From Cycas panzhihuaensis (lineage: Eukaryota; Plantae; Cycadophyta): a stretch of 64,000 nt of DNA. The position numbers and the translations under genes are program-made. Where the stretch lies: positions 58,907,741 to 58,971,740 of the forward strand of contig CM041465.1 in NCBI GenBank assembly GCA_023213395.1, written 5' to 3'. The notes under the pieces are model-generated. The model was not told the origin of the DNA and did no database searches. It saw only the letters and a program-made list of their open reading frames with translations. The number at the start of each line of letters is the position of its first letter. Positions within the stretch are counted from its first letter, which is position 1. This document shows, piece after piece, positions 39,167 to 54,400 of the stretch.

Positions 39167-42100
39167 GTAGGGAGATGCCCTAAAATGGTTTTACTGCCTC
39201 CTTGCCCACTCTATCCATATCTTCTAGTAATTAGTGGATGAATTTGTCAACTATTTTGATGTAGCTTATGCTTTCAAAAGTGGAGTTAAAGCTCTACTCT
39301 CTCTCAAACAAGGTCATGATGAACTCAATCATGACTTTGTGAGATGTTTCCATGATCTCCTTCATTCTTCCAAGGCTACCTTGCCTGAGGAACTAAAGTG
39401 AGATATCTTTGTCAATGCCCTTTGCCCTAAGGTCCATGTAGAAGTCCTCAAGATGGGGTTGACAATGTGTGACACTACTATAGATAAATGCTTGGCATTG
39501 GAAGTAAGTGAGGTCTAAGTCAATCTCAAAAATCCTCCTAAGTAATCACAATGTTATAAGAAATCCCCTCCTTCATGTGACTAAAGAAACTAACAATAAC
39601 CTCTAAGGCCTTCTACTAGTACATCTAATAGGACTTTAGACCCCTTAACCTCAGTTGTACGTTCTTTCAAATGTATGATCAAGGAGCTAAAGCTCTAGCC
39701 TTCTGAATCTTTATTAGAGTTACATAGACCTATCCATAAAACTTCCCACACCATGCCACCTAAAGGTGGGAATACCTAAACATCTTAGGGAAGGAAGATA
39801 AGACCTCCTCCTAAGAAGAAGTGGCGTTCCATGTATGGGAAGTGTCTCCATGAGGACTCGCAATGTTGGTCACAATATCCCAAGATTATGCCATGTCTTG
39901 ACACCTCTCCTAAGAGGGATTCTAAGCCTAATTTAGACCATCCTATTCACAGAGATCCTTTCCTAAACCATGGAGAATATAACTGATCCACTTAGAATAG
40001 GAGGACAAAGAATAGGGGAGGATCTTCTAACCCTTCTTCTAACCAAGTAAAGGGAAAGGGACCAAGAGATATGTCCTTTATGCCAAGCCCTAGATCTCAA
40101 TATCCTTCATCCTCTCAACCCAAAAACAAGGGGAAGATAGTGATTTAAATACTTTAGACCACCCTCTTATACCCTATTACAAGGTCTTAAGCTATAAAGG
40201 AGGTTGTCGAAGCCTCTACATCCCAACAAAACCCTTCTATAGGAAATCTACCTACAGAGATCCCCGTCATCTCCAAGACCATTCTCATCCATTTGAGATA
40301 CTATGATTTCAAGAGGGCCCTTCCCTAACCCACAGGGAAAGGGAAGGCCTTCTTTATCCTTAAAGATTTACACTCTATGTCCATGGACATGTCCATGATG
40401 GACGTCTTCCAAAGTTGCCCCAAGCAAAATACTCTTCTTTTATAAGCTCTTGGTCTATAAGATGCCCTTATCCACGTTGTAGGTACCACTTACTGTGGAC
40501 TGCCTATCATCTCATTTAACCCACAAGATCTTCCATCTCTTAGCAAATGGGAATGATTTTGGAACTACTTGTTTGTCATTACTATTAATACCCTTGACTT
40601 TACCATAAAGAGGACCATAATAGACAATAGTTCCTCAATTAATACTATGCCTATATGCATGCTAAAAGAGCTAGGCATAGAGGCTCTCAAGTTCATTCCT
40701 TGGAAATGCCAAGGATATGATAGAACTAAAAAGTCTCCTTTGGGGATGGTCACCCTCTCACTCATATTAGGAGGGAAGAGAGTTTCTATAGATGTTATTG
40801 TGCTTGATATTGATGTCAAGTACAATCTCCTATAGGGGCAACCATTGCTCAATTAAATGGGAGCTATTTGTTCCTCATGCTGGGGGCAACTTAAGTTTGT
40901 TCACAAAGGACAAGTTAAGGTTGTCACCTATGAGTCTCTACCTTCTCGTACTCCTCATAGTACTTGCTAAGCTATCTTTGATACCAAAGATAGTGATCTT
41001 GATGAGGCTATCCCCTCCACAGGGAACCTTATTTAAGGGGCCAAGTCTTACCAGGATGAACTCCTACCATATCTTGAACCCAATCTAGTTAGGTTCATAC
41101 CTATTGGCATAGATAACTATGGTTGCCTAGCTATCATGAGTGACCCTAAGTTGGATGTTGAGGACCATGAGCCTCCTTCCCAATGTGTTGATATGATTTC
41201 CTACACACCTAGGAAGGCTCCCCATATGGACCTTCCCTCGCATGATGGTTCTTTGATGCCTTTTGAGTCATTGGCTCTGAAACAACTGCTCTTCTCATCT
41301 TCCCACTTTATGCAAATGACTCCTTATAGGTATACATGCCAACATGCCACTCATAAGAGGGCATCACCCTTATTCCTTAGATCCTCATCTAGGACTAGAT
41401 CTTGTTGTACTTATATGTAACCTCACCACACGATCTATCATGTGTCAAGTACCTTGTGTTAGTTTGGTTCTGACCATTAGTTTGGTTCTGACCATACTTT
41501 CCTTACTAGTGGGCCTAACTATACTAAGCCCACCTTTCCTTTGAACTCTAAAATGAGCCTAAACTACCATTCAAATGCAATATTAAATACCCTCATTGGG
41601 GGAATAATGTATATTAGAGTTTTTAATAACTCCACTTGTTAACCGAGATAATTATGTCCCTTTATGAAGGTGTCATGCCTTTCCCCAACAAATGAGGTAT
41701 CTCTTTTAGTCCATGGGTAGTGGTGGATGCATTACCATGGTAAAGCACCCCCTCAATGCTTATGTTTGACTGTTTCCTAGTCGATCTAGAGCCATGAGTA
41801 AGATCGAGCCCTCTAAGAGGCAACTTTACTTACCTCTAAGAGTGAGTTGCCACCTAAAGAGGGACTTCTTTGATAAATCTTATCTCCCCTTGAGACTCTT
41901 AGGGTATCCAAGCCTATTTTGCTTCTTTTTCTACTTAGATCACTACATTCCTTCTGAGGCATCTGTGATCCTCTCACCCAAGTGTTGCATGAGATTACCT
42001 AACCTACTCGATGATTGTGTGTGCCTTGTATGAGCTCTAAGTCATATAAAGAAAATATACATATAAGTAATGCAATATAACAAAATCTCTATAAATTTAC

Positions 42101-42329
42101 ACATCTACATCATGCATTCGTGTGTCCATACATCCACAATAACCAACATAAATTAACAACTCATATCAAAATGGGGTACCAATTTGGTCCCTATCTCTAT
42201 ATACATAATCATCAATAATAGTACAAAATGTGTTGGCACAATGTACCTTAGGAAGCTGAAATCCTTGTAGGGGGGATGTATAATCATATATATGGTATAG
42301 AACCCCCTAGAGATTTGAATCTTTCTTCT

Positions 42330-44640
42330 CATTAAAATTATGATACAAAATGTCCCATGTGACATGTTGTGGTTATGGGGTATCCCCCTTGGGCCACCCT
42401 GCTCTCTCACTCAAGGACCAGGCTCCACTAGCATCTCTACAAGGTCCCAACCTCATTCTCCTCATCTCTTAGTCTCCTCTAAGATGGCGTGGTTGTATGG
42501 GTGCAGTAAAAAGAGGACCTAGCTTCCATCTGGTCCATTAGCTTGTCATAGCATGCCTGTAGATGGTCTCACTCCTCTTGGAGCTCCTTGAGCCACTCCT
42601 CTAGCGCTGTGATCCTCATCTGACCTCCTAGATCTGCCTCTCTATTATATGCCTAGGCCTATAACTCTTACACTTGAGCCTATAGCTGGTCCTTCTTAGT
42701 CTAAAATCAATCCCTCTCAGCATGAAATTGGTCCCTTTTCACCTAAAGCTAGTCCCTCTCTACTTGTAGGTAATCCTCACTCATCTATCTCTCTTGGGCC
42801 TCCACAACCCAGATATCTTAGACACAGACAATGGGAGAAAAAATAGTAGCATGAGGTTGTGTCGAGTCTGGATCCCTACTATCTATGATAGGAGGCTAAC
42901 CCTCCTTGTATACTCATGGGAACAACTCGGCTTTGGCCCTTCTAATCATCTCCCCAGTAATCCCTTTGCCTACTAGCCATATAAATCCATATGCCAGTGT
43001 GGAGTGTAAACAAAAAATCCATAACCATGAGCAATGATAACATCATAAGTCCATTAATAAAATGTCTATAAATCAAAAGCATAGCTAAAAAGGGGAATAA
43101 CTCACCTCTTAGAGCAACTGGTGCATCTCTAGCCATTGCCTCTTTTGATCCTAGGATCTTTTGCCCCTAGAGTAGCTAGTGCCTCTCCAACCACTTCCTC
43201 CTCTACTCCTAGGATCTCCTACCCTACCCTAACTATGGATGCCTCTCCTTTAGCTGCTAACATTGCATCCACCTATGAATTAGTAGCTACCTCTCCTTAG
43301 TCATCATCCTTTCCTAGCTCTGCTACTAGGTCCTCTTGCAACCTCTCCCTCTTCTACATCACTATCCCAATGAACAATGCAGTATGGCTAGCTCCTGTAG
43401 TTATCAATCATGAGCAAATATAAGGATATCATTAAAACCGATCTCCTAACCTGTGTCGGCTCTCCTATGCTCCTAAACTATGATAACCATCAATGGGGAA
43501 GGGGACTTTTACTTGGTATCAGCTGTGGCCCTTCACCAATCCCACTCCCTAGAAGTGGTCAAAGAACCAACACTGTAATAAGGAACAATATGAGAGTCCT
43601 CTCCATTTGTTAAATCAGATCTAGTCAAGCTAAGCAGTGAAGTTGGCCACTATCAAATTTGCCCAATTGAACCTCTGTCCAACCTCACCCCTCCTAATGG
43701 TATCCATCTAGCCTCCCAAGATATCGTTGTAGTTATATTTCTAGGAAATCTAGAACATAATGATAAAGATGATCATCTTCATCACTTGAGGAATATTCAC
43801 TATTATGATAGTCCTAAGATATAACTCTATCTTATTCTAGTGACCCTTGCTATAGAAGAACCTAGTTGCCTCTCTGTATGTTGCATCAATACTAGGCAAA
43901 GTCCCTAGCAAGACTAGTGCCCCACTAGTAGGGACCTCCATAAACCTCCTCACATCTACTAGGATAATAGTGATATCCCCCACATATAGGAGATGGAAGA
44001 TGTACCATTGACAATCCCAGTGAGAGACTATATTAATTAAAAGTACCTAGTCTAAAGCATACTACCATGAATAGACTATCTAAAGCAAACCACAATACCT
44101 CAATATCACTCAATCATGGCCCTCCATCAATTTTGTAAAGCCTAACATTGGTAATATGATGTTTTCATAGTTGTCCACCACTATAACAACCTAAAAGAAC
44201 ATCCATCGCATTATCAATCAATCATCTATTACCTTATAGAGTAAAGAGCACTCCTCAGTGAACTTAAGTAATTAAGAAACCAAACCAAATTAGGAATTTT
44301 TTATAAATTTCCCTTTTCTACCCTTGCCCCGCAAATTCTCTCTGCACCATGTGGGAATATCTGTGGTACCATAGAAAAATCTATAGTACCATATAAATCC
44401 CACTTAAAAAATAAAAAATAAATAAAAATAAAATTAAGATGGACTAAAGACCTAGTCCATTGGGACTAAGGCCTCCTAAAGCCCTGGTCCAACCTTTTTT
44501 TGGCCCCCAATTAGGTCCCATTAGGCCTCCTACCTCTCTAAATGAGTATAATTTAGCTAAAAAAAGCACATGATAAAAAGATATTAATAAAAAGTTCAAA
44601 GTTAAGATCTATGTACTAGGTCTAGTCTAAGCACTGCCAT
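42330..44640 (-). pseudogene. Antisense PMD gene of element C (heavily decayed)
   Basis: Exon 1 44640-44617, intron 44616-44191, exon 2 begins VVIVVDNYEN; IVSHWDCQWYIFHL at ~44030-43990; second donor at 43105. 3' end approximate. Confidence 0.78.
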
Positions 44641-45266
44641 CACTTATCTATGATCCTGATGACCCCCTCCATGTAATGAATCTATTTCTCATCACTCGTC
44701 CCTCTTTTTATAGGTCCCTCAAGGCTCTGTGGCCTTTTCGCATTCTGATGGAGTCATCTGGACCACCTCCTTAAGCCTATCCTTATTCCCTTTAGGGGCC
44801 CAACCCTTCCTGGTTCTCTAATGCCACTTTTCATTAGTTTGTAAGCATTTATTGCACCCTATTGGTGTTCACTAAGAGCCTTTTATCCTCAATTTTTACC
44901 TGCTCAAAATCCTATCTATGTTTATACTCTATGGACTTGTTTTGATGAGCTAACTTTATTTTTTATGACTATTTTGACCTATTTTTCTCCCAATGGAATC
45001 CAATCCCCTGGTCGAGTCCTTCATTGGCCCTGTACCAACCTTGGATCTTAGTCGATGAGCCTATTTTTACTATTACTCCTTTCCTTCTATAGGGCGGGCC
45101 CTTCAAGAGCCTAGAAGCCTAGTTATAGGTCTCTTCTATCCTCTTCTGATTTATTGTTTTTGCAATTATAATCCTCAGGACTCATCATCCTTCATACAAC
45201 TTCTTTTCCTTAGTGCCTTTTATTTGAGAAGGAGCATCCCTCCTCCTTTTTCTAGAGATTTTGGTT

Positions 45267-45674
45267 ATGGCTCTACACATCTACATAGATGGCAGTAGTC
45301 ATGGCAACCCAAGACCTTCTGTTGTAACTTTGATCATCCATGATCTCATTGGGCATGATTTCATGCATTATGGGATCTATTTACCTAAGGCCATAAACAA
45401 TGAAGTGGAGTACAAAGCTGTAATTAAGGCACTAACTGATGTACTTTATTTACATCATGATCCTATCATTCTACACTATGACTCTCAAATTGTAGTGTAC
45501 GAGTTAACCCAAACTTATAAGGTCCTTTGTCCCAGATCGAGTACTCTAGCTACAACTGCTAGGTCTCTATTATCTTGCTTCTCCTTGGTTAATATTCAAT
45601 ATGTCCCTTGTAATCAAAATGCTAAGGCTAATAGCTTAGTCAACTTTATTCTCCAGCATCACCTTCAGCTCTAA
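45267..45674 (+). CDS. Free-standing archaeal-type RNase HI (aRH) ORF of element C
   Basis: Open frame MALHIYIDGSSHGNPRP..INNEVEYKAVIKAL..YDSQIVV..YVPCNQNAKANSL; D/E/D catalytic residues present, last Asp reads Asn. Confidence 0.88.
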   Translation: MALHIYIDGSSHGNPRPSVVTLIIHDLIGHDFMHYGIYLPKAINNEVEYKAVIKALTDVLYLHHDPIILHYDSQIVVYELTQTYKVLCPRSSTLATTARSLLSCFSLVNIQYVPCNQNAKANSLVNFILQHHLQL

Positions 45675-46209
45675 GGTGACTCCTTATCTACTTAATAGGT
45701 CATCCCTCAGAGAACCCCTCAAAGAACCTATAAGGGTGACCTTCCCTTCTCAACCTTTACTTTCTCTTTACCTCTGAATAATGGTTGCTAATGATGCTAA
45801 AATATGGCGACTAAAACCTTCACTTACTTGATTAATATCCTACCTTAGTGTGATGAGACATATTTTTATTTCCCCAAGGAGTCTCCTTGGGTTTCTAAAC
45901 CCTACCTTTAGGGTCATGCTACCCGTTAGGTGTGCCACTAAGGGCATCCACCTTAGTCACCCCTTCCCTATTTTATCTGCATGTGCTTTGAGTTCATGGC
46001 CCCATGCCTTAAGCTTAATTTGGTCATAAACCTATATCCCCCTTTAGCACGTGCCTCCTATCCATACATCCATTGCAACAATTATAACCCTCCTTGGTTA
46101 TCGACACACTTGCTTCTTGGGTATCATGTCTACTAATGACATTTGTGTTGACAACATTCACCATCATCTCATGCTCTAAAACGATGAGGTTTTTCTACTA
46201 AGGGGGTAG

Positions 46210-46690
46210 TGTTTCCCACCTATCGAGAATGGATTTGGAGTTTATCATATAGGTAAGTAGAGGTTTGCATTCTATTTCATACTTTTATTACATTATTTTT
46301 AGTCATTGCTTGATATGATGCTTGTTTGGCTACTTGGATGTATGATGGTTTAGTTTATTTAGCTTGCCTATGCTTGTTACCTACCTATGATGATCAGGAC
46401 TCTAGTCCAATGGAATCATTAAGCCTCCATAGTGGTCTTCTAGTTGGCAAGAGGTTCATTACATGCTCCTACAGCCCAGTCTCAATTGAGTTCTAACTTA
46501 TTTTTGCTACTTTGTTGCATCTTTTCCACTTTTATCTCACCTTATTGACGACTTGGGTAGCCCATGGTAGTTTGTCGAGACCTTGGGGGGATTTTTTACC
46601 TTATTATTTAGACCCCATATGATTTCTTTATTAATTTTTATAGATTCCTCTCAATTGTTATTGTTCCCATTGAGTTTTGACTTGATTTCA
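46210..46690 (+). repeat. Truncated 3' LTR of C
   Basis: TGTTTCCCACCTATCGAGAATGGATTTG aligns to the start of A's LTR, directly after the PPT; right end uncertain. Confidence 0.7.
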
Positions 46691-48184
46691 TAATGTGTGG
46701 GACCTACCACATTTATGGCTTTCATAGATAAATCTACATTATCTAAATCATCTCCTTATTTTTCTCTAATAAATAAATATTCTAATAGGAATGAGGCATT
46801 AGAAAATAGTTCAATAGATAATGTTCAAATAGCCCAAACCTAAAGAATCTTATTTACAAAACCATAGGTGATACTTAGGTTTAGGGCATAGGTAATTAAA
46901 TTGGTTTGTATCTTAAAAAAGAAACTAATAGATATGAGTTAGTAACAAAGATGTGGCCTTGACCACTTTCATCCATAGGTCAATAAAGCCAAAGAGAAAA
47001 TCCTCCAACTTGTCAATACACTTTAGCTATCTAACATACACAATTGGTATAGCTTCATCGTATATATCTCATCTTTATCATCAATTTTATAGTATGATGA
47101 AACTTTGTGTGGCTACTCCACTACAATAAATGCCCTTACATCTAAATTTAATAAACAATCCTCCTCCATAGGTGGAATAAAAACTCAACTTGAAGCCATA
47201 TTTATCATTTTTATTCTATAATAAATGAAATAAAAACTCAACTTAATGGATCTTATACTCTTGATGAAGATTTGGACCAATTGCAAACTATGTGTGAATA
47301 ATTAGATCTCTTAGATTAGTTAGGTGGTCTAATGAACTAACTACTAATGAGAGTTTAAGGATTACAATAATATCTAACACCAAAAATAATGAATAGGAAT
47401 ACATAAATGCTATAAAATTTCATTAATATATTTTACCACTTAGGTTTGATATAGATGATAGATTTTATATCCTAAGATATGATATAATTTATGTTTAGTT
47501 CTATAGTATGCATTGTTCATTAATAACTTTAGTTGAGATGAATGACTTCTCCGATATGCCTAATAAACACATTTATTTTCTCAACTAGACATTTTAATGA
47601 ACTATAATATATTAATGAAATTTTAAGTATTTAGAAAGATTCAATACTAAAAACAATTAATAAGAATACATAACTTCTATTAAGTTTGATAAACATAATT
47701 TACCTCTTGTGTTTGCCATAGATGATAAAATTTATATTAAGGGACTTAATATAATTTTTGGTTGTTCTTATAATGTGTATTATTTATTAATATCTTTAGT
47801 TAATATGGTTAAATCATCTAACAGTCCTAACAGATCTCTCAATTGATTGAGAACTATCTAACAATTACCACATCTATTCAATGAGTGAGCTAAATTCATG
47901 AACTATATATAAGTGAAGGTTAGAGAATTGTGATAAGATTCAATATTAATGGGAGTTTAAGAACTTAGTTTTCCATGATATAGTCCTTATAGATTAAATA
48001 TTATTAGGTTAGAATGTTATGACTAGTTAAGATCCATCTATGAACATCCATATCTCTCTAATGCATCACATAGTCTAATTGTATTACTTCACCTAATTTT
48101 ATCTTAATATTCACACATGGTCTTAAATGGACTAATCCCCAAAGGTGGAACTTAATGGTAGAGAGTTTAGAAATATGATTTACA

Positions 48185-50540
48185 TCTTAAAACCCCAAGA
48201 TTAAATGGAAATTAATTATTAATTACTATGTTAAGTTAGTTTTATATAATGTTACACTAGTTTTGTAAGCTTTTATATATACAAATATCTTTGATTCCAT
48301 CATAAAAAACATGTTTTTATCTATAGATAAAATTAAATTTTAAATGCTCATAAGATTCTAATTACTTCTACTATATATTTTACATTTTTAATATATAAAC
48401 CCCATCAAGGTTTATCATAATTAGAATCAAAGTATGATCTTGGTCAATGAGGATTTCTATCAAAGAAAGGCCATTTAGGAGGTTAAAACAATCAAATTTG
48501 GTGAAAAGAACCATAGAATCAAGGTAACTATATCTTCATTATAAATTTTGGCATATTATCTTACATATTCTTTAATCTAAATTGAGAATAATATAAGGGT
48601 TCTAATTTTATCTTGTTGTTTGTCCCTTCTATAGACTTGAAATCCTACTACCTCAACTTACAATGACTATCATAGAGTTTATAGATACCTAATTTACATT
48701 TTTTTTTCTTTTCTTCTTATTTCTTTAAGATGCATCTTAAGGTTATTTTATAGTAAAATATCTTTCACTCTAATTAAGTATGGGGAGAATAAGTTATTAT
48801 CATTTTTATGGAGTGTATCTATATTATTCTAAACACTTAAAATATTATATTATCTTCCAAATGTAACTATAGACGCTACAAACATCCAAAACGCATTGAA
48901 TTAGATCCATTAGAGGTGTCTCTGAGTCCTTTTTCTATTAAGAAATATGTAGAACTCAATTTGGATGGCTATAAGATAAGTTATTTCTATATTACGTAAG
49001 AAATATTAATTTTGTTCTAAACTTTCTAGATATATTAGTTCATGTTAGAGATCTATAAGATTTTAATAGAAGTGTTTTTAAATATAAATATTTAAGAAAT
49101 TTAATACACATAGATAGAAATAATAGATCCAATAGATCATAATCCCATAAATTTTAAGCAAGTGAAAGACATAGCATCCATGTTTAACATACTAGGAAGG
49201 ACTGATAAACTTCAAGATAAATGGAAATAAGAGATAAAATAACATTTTTTGAAGATCAAATATACCAAAGTACAATGAAAAAAAGGGTATTCTTATGATT
49301 CTAAATAGTTAATTAGATAGATCCCATATCAAGATTGAAGAATTTGGGGAAAGATAAGAACAATATAATGCATGATAATGTACTAGAATAAAATATGAAG
49401 GTTTAACAAAGATAAACAAGAGGTTGAAAATCAAGTTAAAGATGAAAAACAAGAGACGATAAAGGAAAATGAAGAAAGGTAAGAATAATATAAAGAATAA
49501 GCATTAAAAGAGTAACATGGACCATAATAAATCATGAAATATATAAATAGAAAAAAACAACAAAGGAAAAACATATTATGAATCCCAACTTAGAGATTAC
49601 ATTATCATCAATAGTAACTAGGAGGAAAATAATAAAAGATAAGTGCAATCCACTAAAAAGAGATACAACTTAGACAAGACTAAATCCAAAAGATACAATG
49701 GCATCAATAAGAAAGCTAATAGCATCCTTGACATTTAAATAATCATAAGTCTAGAAGATAAATGTGTGTATTAAAGGGGAGGTAATAACATTTCTTATTA
49801 ATCCAATAATGACTCATAATGTACAGACATATTCATAAGGCTCAAAACTACATTATTAATATCATGAGTTAATAAGGAAACTATCTTAGGAAAGCACATA
49901 TGTTAAAGGTCAAGCTAAGCATGGATAAGGTTATTCTTCATATTAATTTCTATTGTTCCTATTAAAGGTATTCAAGTGGTGTTAATGTCATAATGGTTAC
50001 AAAACTTGGGTGCTTTCTCTATGAACTTATAAGGGAAGTTCATGAAATTTGCATGCCAAGGTGAATAGGCCACATTACAATGAATCTACCATGTTTAAGA
50101 TGTAAAGGGGGTGTCATTATAAAAAGAAGAATGGAAGTAATAAATTAACTAAGGGAAAAGAAGTAACAATTTAAAGACACTCTATAAGATTTGACTAGAG
50201 TTCCAAAATCATTACTATCTTGTTGGTATAATTAAGAAGGAAGTTTATATCAAGGACAAAGATAGAAGTTAACATATAACAAGTAATCATTAATAAAGGA
50301 AGATGATCCTTGGAGATCCTTAAAGATCAAATTTACAAATGGTTCAAGGATAAAGCATCTTAAGGTGGGGAGACTTGTTATGAAACCCTAAGATTACATG
50401 GAAATTAATTATTAATTATTATGTTAAGTTGGCTTTATATTATGTTTATTTAGTTTTATAAGCTTTTGCATATGTAAATATCTTAGAATCCATTGTAAAT
50501 ATATACAAATATTAGGGTTTTTCATAATCTAATATGCTTG
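48185..50540 (+). mobile_element. Element E: very old, short gypsy-like LTR element remnant
   Basis: Diverged direct repeat 48185-~48310 and 50376-~50500; second copy starts TGTTATG after PPT-like TTAAGGTGGGGAGAC. No long ORF; extent uncertain. Confidence 0.5.
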
Positions 50541-51447
50541 GTGAAGGTTGGGACTAATTTAGATATTTATTTTAGACATATATGATCATAATGATCATCT
50601 AGAGATTTCATATATTTATTGTCACAACATTAATTAGACATTCCATTAGCTTATAAATTATGCTTTCAAAATCTTTGAATATTAAAACTTGCCTTAGAAA
50701 AGATGCAATGGTCCTTATATAGAAAAATTAATCTTAGTTAATTATAGAAAAGTAGACAATATGATAGTTTTAGAGATAATGGATATTATTTGAGATTTAT
50801 ATTCTTACTTAGGTATTTATCAATTATATACTAATCTAATGGAATGCCTATATGATAATGGTAATAAAATTAAATTATATACATTTGAGTGATAGACTTA
50901 ACAAAGGTTAAAAATTATTATCTATATATAATTTATGGATTAGGCTATATACAACTAAGCATGATTATTCAGGCACACAACTATATCATGCATGGAAGTG
51001 TTTCCTAATATTACTAGCACTAAACAAAAGGTGCTTTATATTATTTAAGAAATTCATTTACATAATTTTAGTTAGTGTATAATAAGTTATGTAAGAAGAA
51101 GCCATATGATTCGTAGGCTAATGGAATGCTTAACAAAATAACTTTAAACTAAAGTGCTCTATATGGGTGTGTTGATTTTATACTATGTAAGGTCAAGGTC
51201 TTATCTTATGTATATGATGAGGAAAGGCCCTAATTGGGTTTGAAGGGACAACTACTCTAGTAAGGTCTTAGGGGTAATATCCTTAGTAGAGTTTAGAATT
51301 GTACTCAATGAAACCCATAATGTAATGTCGCTAATAACATCTAATGATATGACCTCTATATAAATTTAAAATATGAGATCATAATTTCAACTAAATTATG
51401 GCCTAAAATGTTTTTAGTTATTGTAGTAATTATTAGACTAACTTATT

Positions 51448-54400
51448 TATAAGAGTTTTAAATTGAAATTACAACTAAATAAACACTTGACATAGGTTTA
51501 TTTGGTAGAATTAGTCTACCTTCAAACTAAATTTACATTCATTTATAATCAATCTACCTCAATACAAAATATAATACTATACACATACATATACAATCGA
51601 GATCGACAATAGTCCATACACAAACTCATAACTACCTTGACATGTGTTAGAAATCTATTAATGGTTGAGTGACTCACTTACCCAATTTGTCATATATAAA
51701 CATTAATCTAACACTCTCCCTTAATGTTCATATCATTGGCTTTAATATTGATACAAGATTTAAATTTATCAAACTTTTCCTTGGATAAATATTTAGTGAA
51801 AATATCATCAAGATGGTCCCCTATCAATCTATATAAAAGCTCAACTTCTCTATTCTAGATCTACTCATAGATCAAATTATGATGCACCTTGATGTGTTTG
51901 GTGTGAGCATGGAACACTAGATTCTTAATAATTTTTAAAGTACTTTGATTATCATAATATAGTGTAGGCACTTCATCTTGATAAGGTTCTAAATCTCCAA
52001 GCACCTATCCCAACTAGAAGGCCTCATAAGTTATTACAATAGTAGCTTTATATTCTATCTTAATATAAGATACAATAATATTAGGCTACTTCTTGCTACT
52101 CTAAGTGACAATAGTAGAGCCTAAATTTAAGCAATATCTTAAAGTGGACATTATATTATCTTCACATTTAACCTAATTAGAATTTGAATACCTTGTTAAC
52201 AAAAAATTATTATTCTATCTAATCTCTAATCCAAAGTGCAATGTCCCTTACAAATATCTTAGGATCCTCTTTGTAAATTTCTAATGGATCAACTTTGATT
52301 CAATCATGAACCTTGATACCATATCAATTGTAAAGGAAATATCAAGTCTAGTAGTAGTAAAGTAGATCAAACTACTAACTAGTTATTTGAACATTGTGCC
52401 ATCAACTAATTTCTCATCATCTAGAGTTATCAACTTTAAACCTATTTCAATGTAGGTATGTATAGTTTAGGCTTCCTCCATGTTGAATTTCTTTAGAATT
52501 TTTCAGTCATGCTTAGCCTATGAAATAAAGATTTTACTAGTCTTCTTCCATACTTTTAGTCCCAAAAAATAATGGAGTAATCTAAGATCTATCATCTTGA
52601 ATGTCTTCTTAAGATCATCCTTTAGGTGTTCAACTTTTGAGGTGTCATTCCTTATGGTCACAAGATCATCTACATATAATACTATAAAGATTATTTAATT
52701 TCCTTCAACCTTGACGTATAAGTTTAAATCAATTGGTGACCTTTCAAACTTATCATCTAGAAAATACTAATTAATCTTAGAATAGTAGGATCTTAGATCC
52801 TACTTGAGGCTACACAGAGCCTTCTTCAAGTGATATACCAAATGTTATTTGCCTTTAGTCACATATTCAAGTAGTTTCTCCATATAGACTTCCTTTTTAA
52901 GATCCACATTAAGAAAGGTACTTTTGATATCAAACTAGTATAACTTCTATATCAACTAAGTAGTTATTATCAGTATCAATTTAGTCATCACCGTGTTACT
53001 ATTAAAGTGAATATCTCCTGGTAATTTATCCCTTCTATATGCTTGAATACTTTGGCTACTAACACATCCTTGTATTTATCAACAAAGCCATTAGATCTAA
53101 ATTTGGTCTTACAAACCTATTTATAACTAATCACCTATTTACCTACTAGTAAATCAAACAAATCTTAAGTTTTGTTCTACTCAATGATACAAATTTTAGC
53201 ATCCATTATTATTCTCCACTTTTACTATTAGTTTGCCTTCTTAAAACTCGAAGGCTCATCAACATTCAATACATCTACTACCAAAGAAAATTTGATTATA
53301 TTAGGTCTCATCCTCAACTTATATTTTTATTCTATCTTGAGTAACTAAGCTTCTTCCATAGTTTTTAAATACCATTTGGGGAACTTCTTAATAGGTGAAG
53401 TGACCTTATGGTACTTCTATGGCTATGACTCCTGAGCATCTTCATACTCTTACTCCTTAATTTCTTCTTTCATTTTAACTTCTTTCCACTTCTTTGGCTT
53501 AGTCTTAGGCTCACCAAACTATTATATCGAAGAACTGGATTCAAATTATTCTTTGATGTATTTCCCTTTGTCTCACCAAATCTTCATAATGTCTAAGTCT
53601 TGATCCTAATATAAAATCTATTTCCCAACCTCTTAAAAGATGACATCTTAAGTTGTATGTACCTTCTTAATTACCAACTTATATACATAGTACACTTTTC
53701 CCTTTTTGTTGTATATCACAAGGATATACTTAGATCTTTTATTATCAAACTTCTAGTGTTTCTATTTTGGAACATGCATATCATTAAGGTTCCAAAGATT
53801 CTAAGATGGATTACTATAGATTTATGTCTTGACCATGTTTCTTCAGGTGTTTTATTCCAAATAACTTTAATTACATTCTTGTTAGTTAGGTATATTATTA
53901 TATAAATAACTTTAGTCCAAAATATATCTAATAGGTTATTTGCCTTCATCACCAACTTGGCCTTATTGACTGTTGTTCTATTCATCCTCTTAGTTATATT
54001 ATTCTATTACAAGGTGTATGATGTCATTAACTACTTTATACCATGGTCTTTTTAGAACTAGACCAACGTATTAGAGGTGTATTATCCCCCATTGTCTAAC
54101 CTTAGTATCTTAATCCTTTGAGTGCTTTTATTCTCCACTTTTACCTTAAACTCTTTGAATATATTAAATGCCTAATAATTCTCCTTTATGGGATATATCT
54201 AGACTTTCCTAATAAAATCATCAATGAAGGTTAAGAAATATCTTGCACCTCTAAGGAAGTGGTTGGCATAGGACCACATATATTAAAGTGGATCAGGCTC
54301 AGATTTTCAGTTGCCCTCTAAGACTTGCCTTTAGGAAACTTCTCCTATGTTCTTTCTTATAAATATAAGGTTCATGAATACCCTTTTCTATCTTAAAACT

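Larger units (their letters stand above)
32090..41300 (+). pseudogene. gag-protease of element C, split by copia D
   Basis: RTNLPPHPPKVPKFDGTSS at 33350-33411; gag resumes at 39172; protease IIDNSSSINTMP at 40569-40835. Ends approximate. Confidence 0.9.

Noticed and set aside
45261-45674. aRH as a horizontally acquired prokaryotic or host RNase H gene
   Set aside because: Same position in two related retroelements, and aRH is an established Tat-lineage feature.
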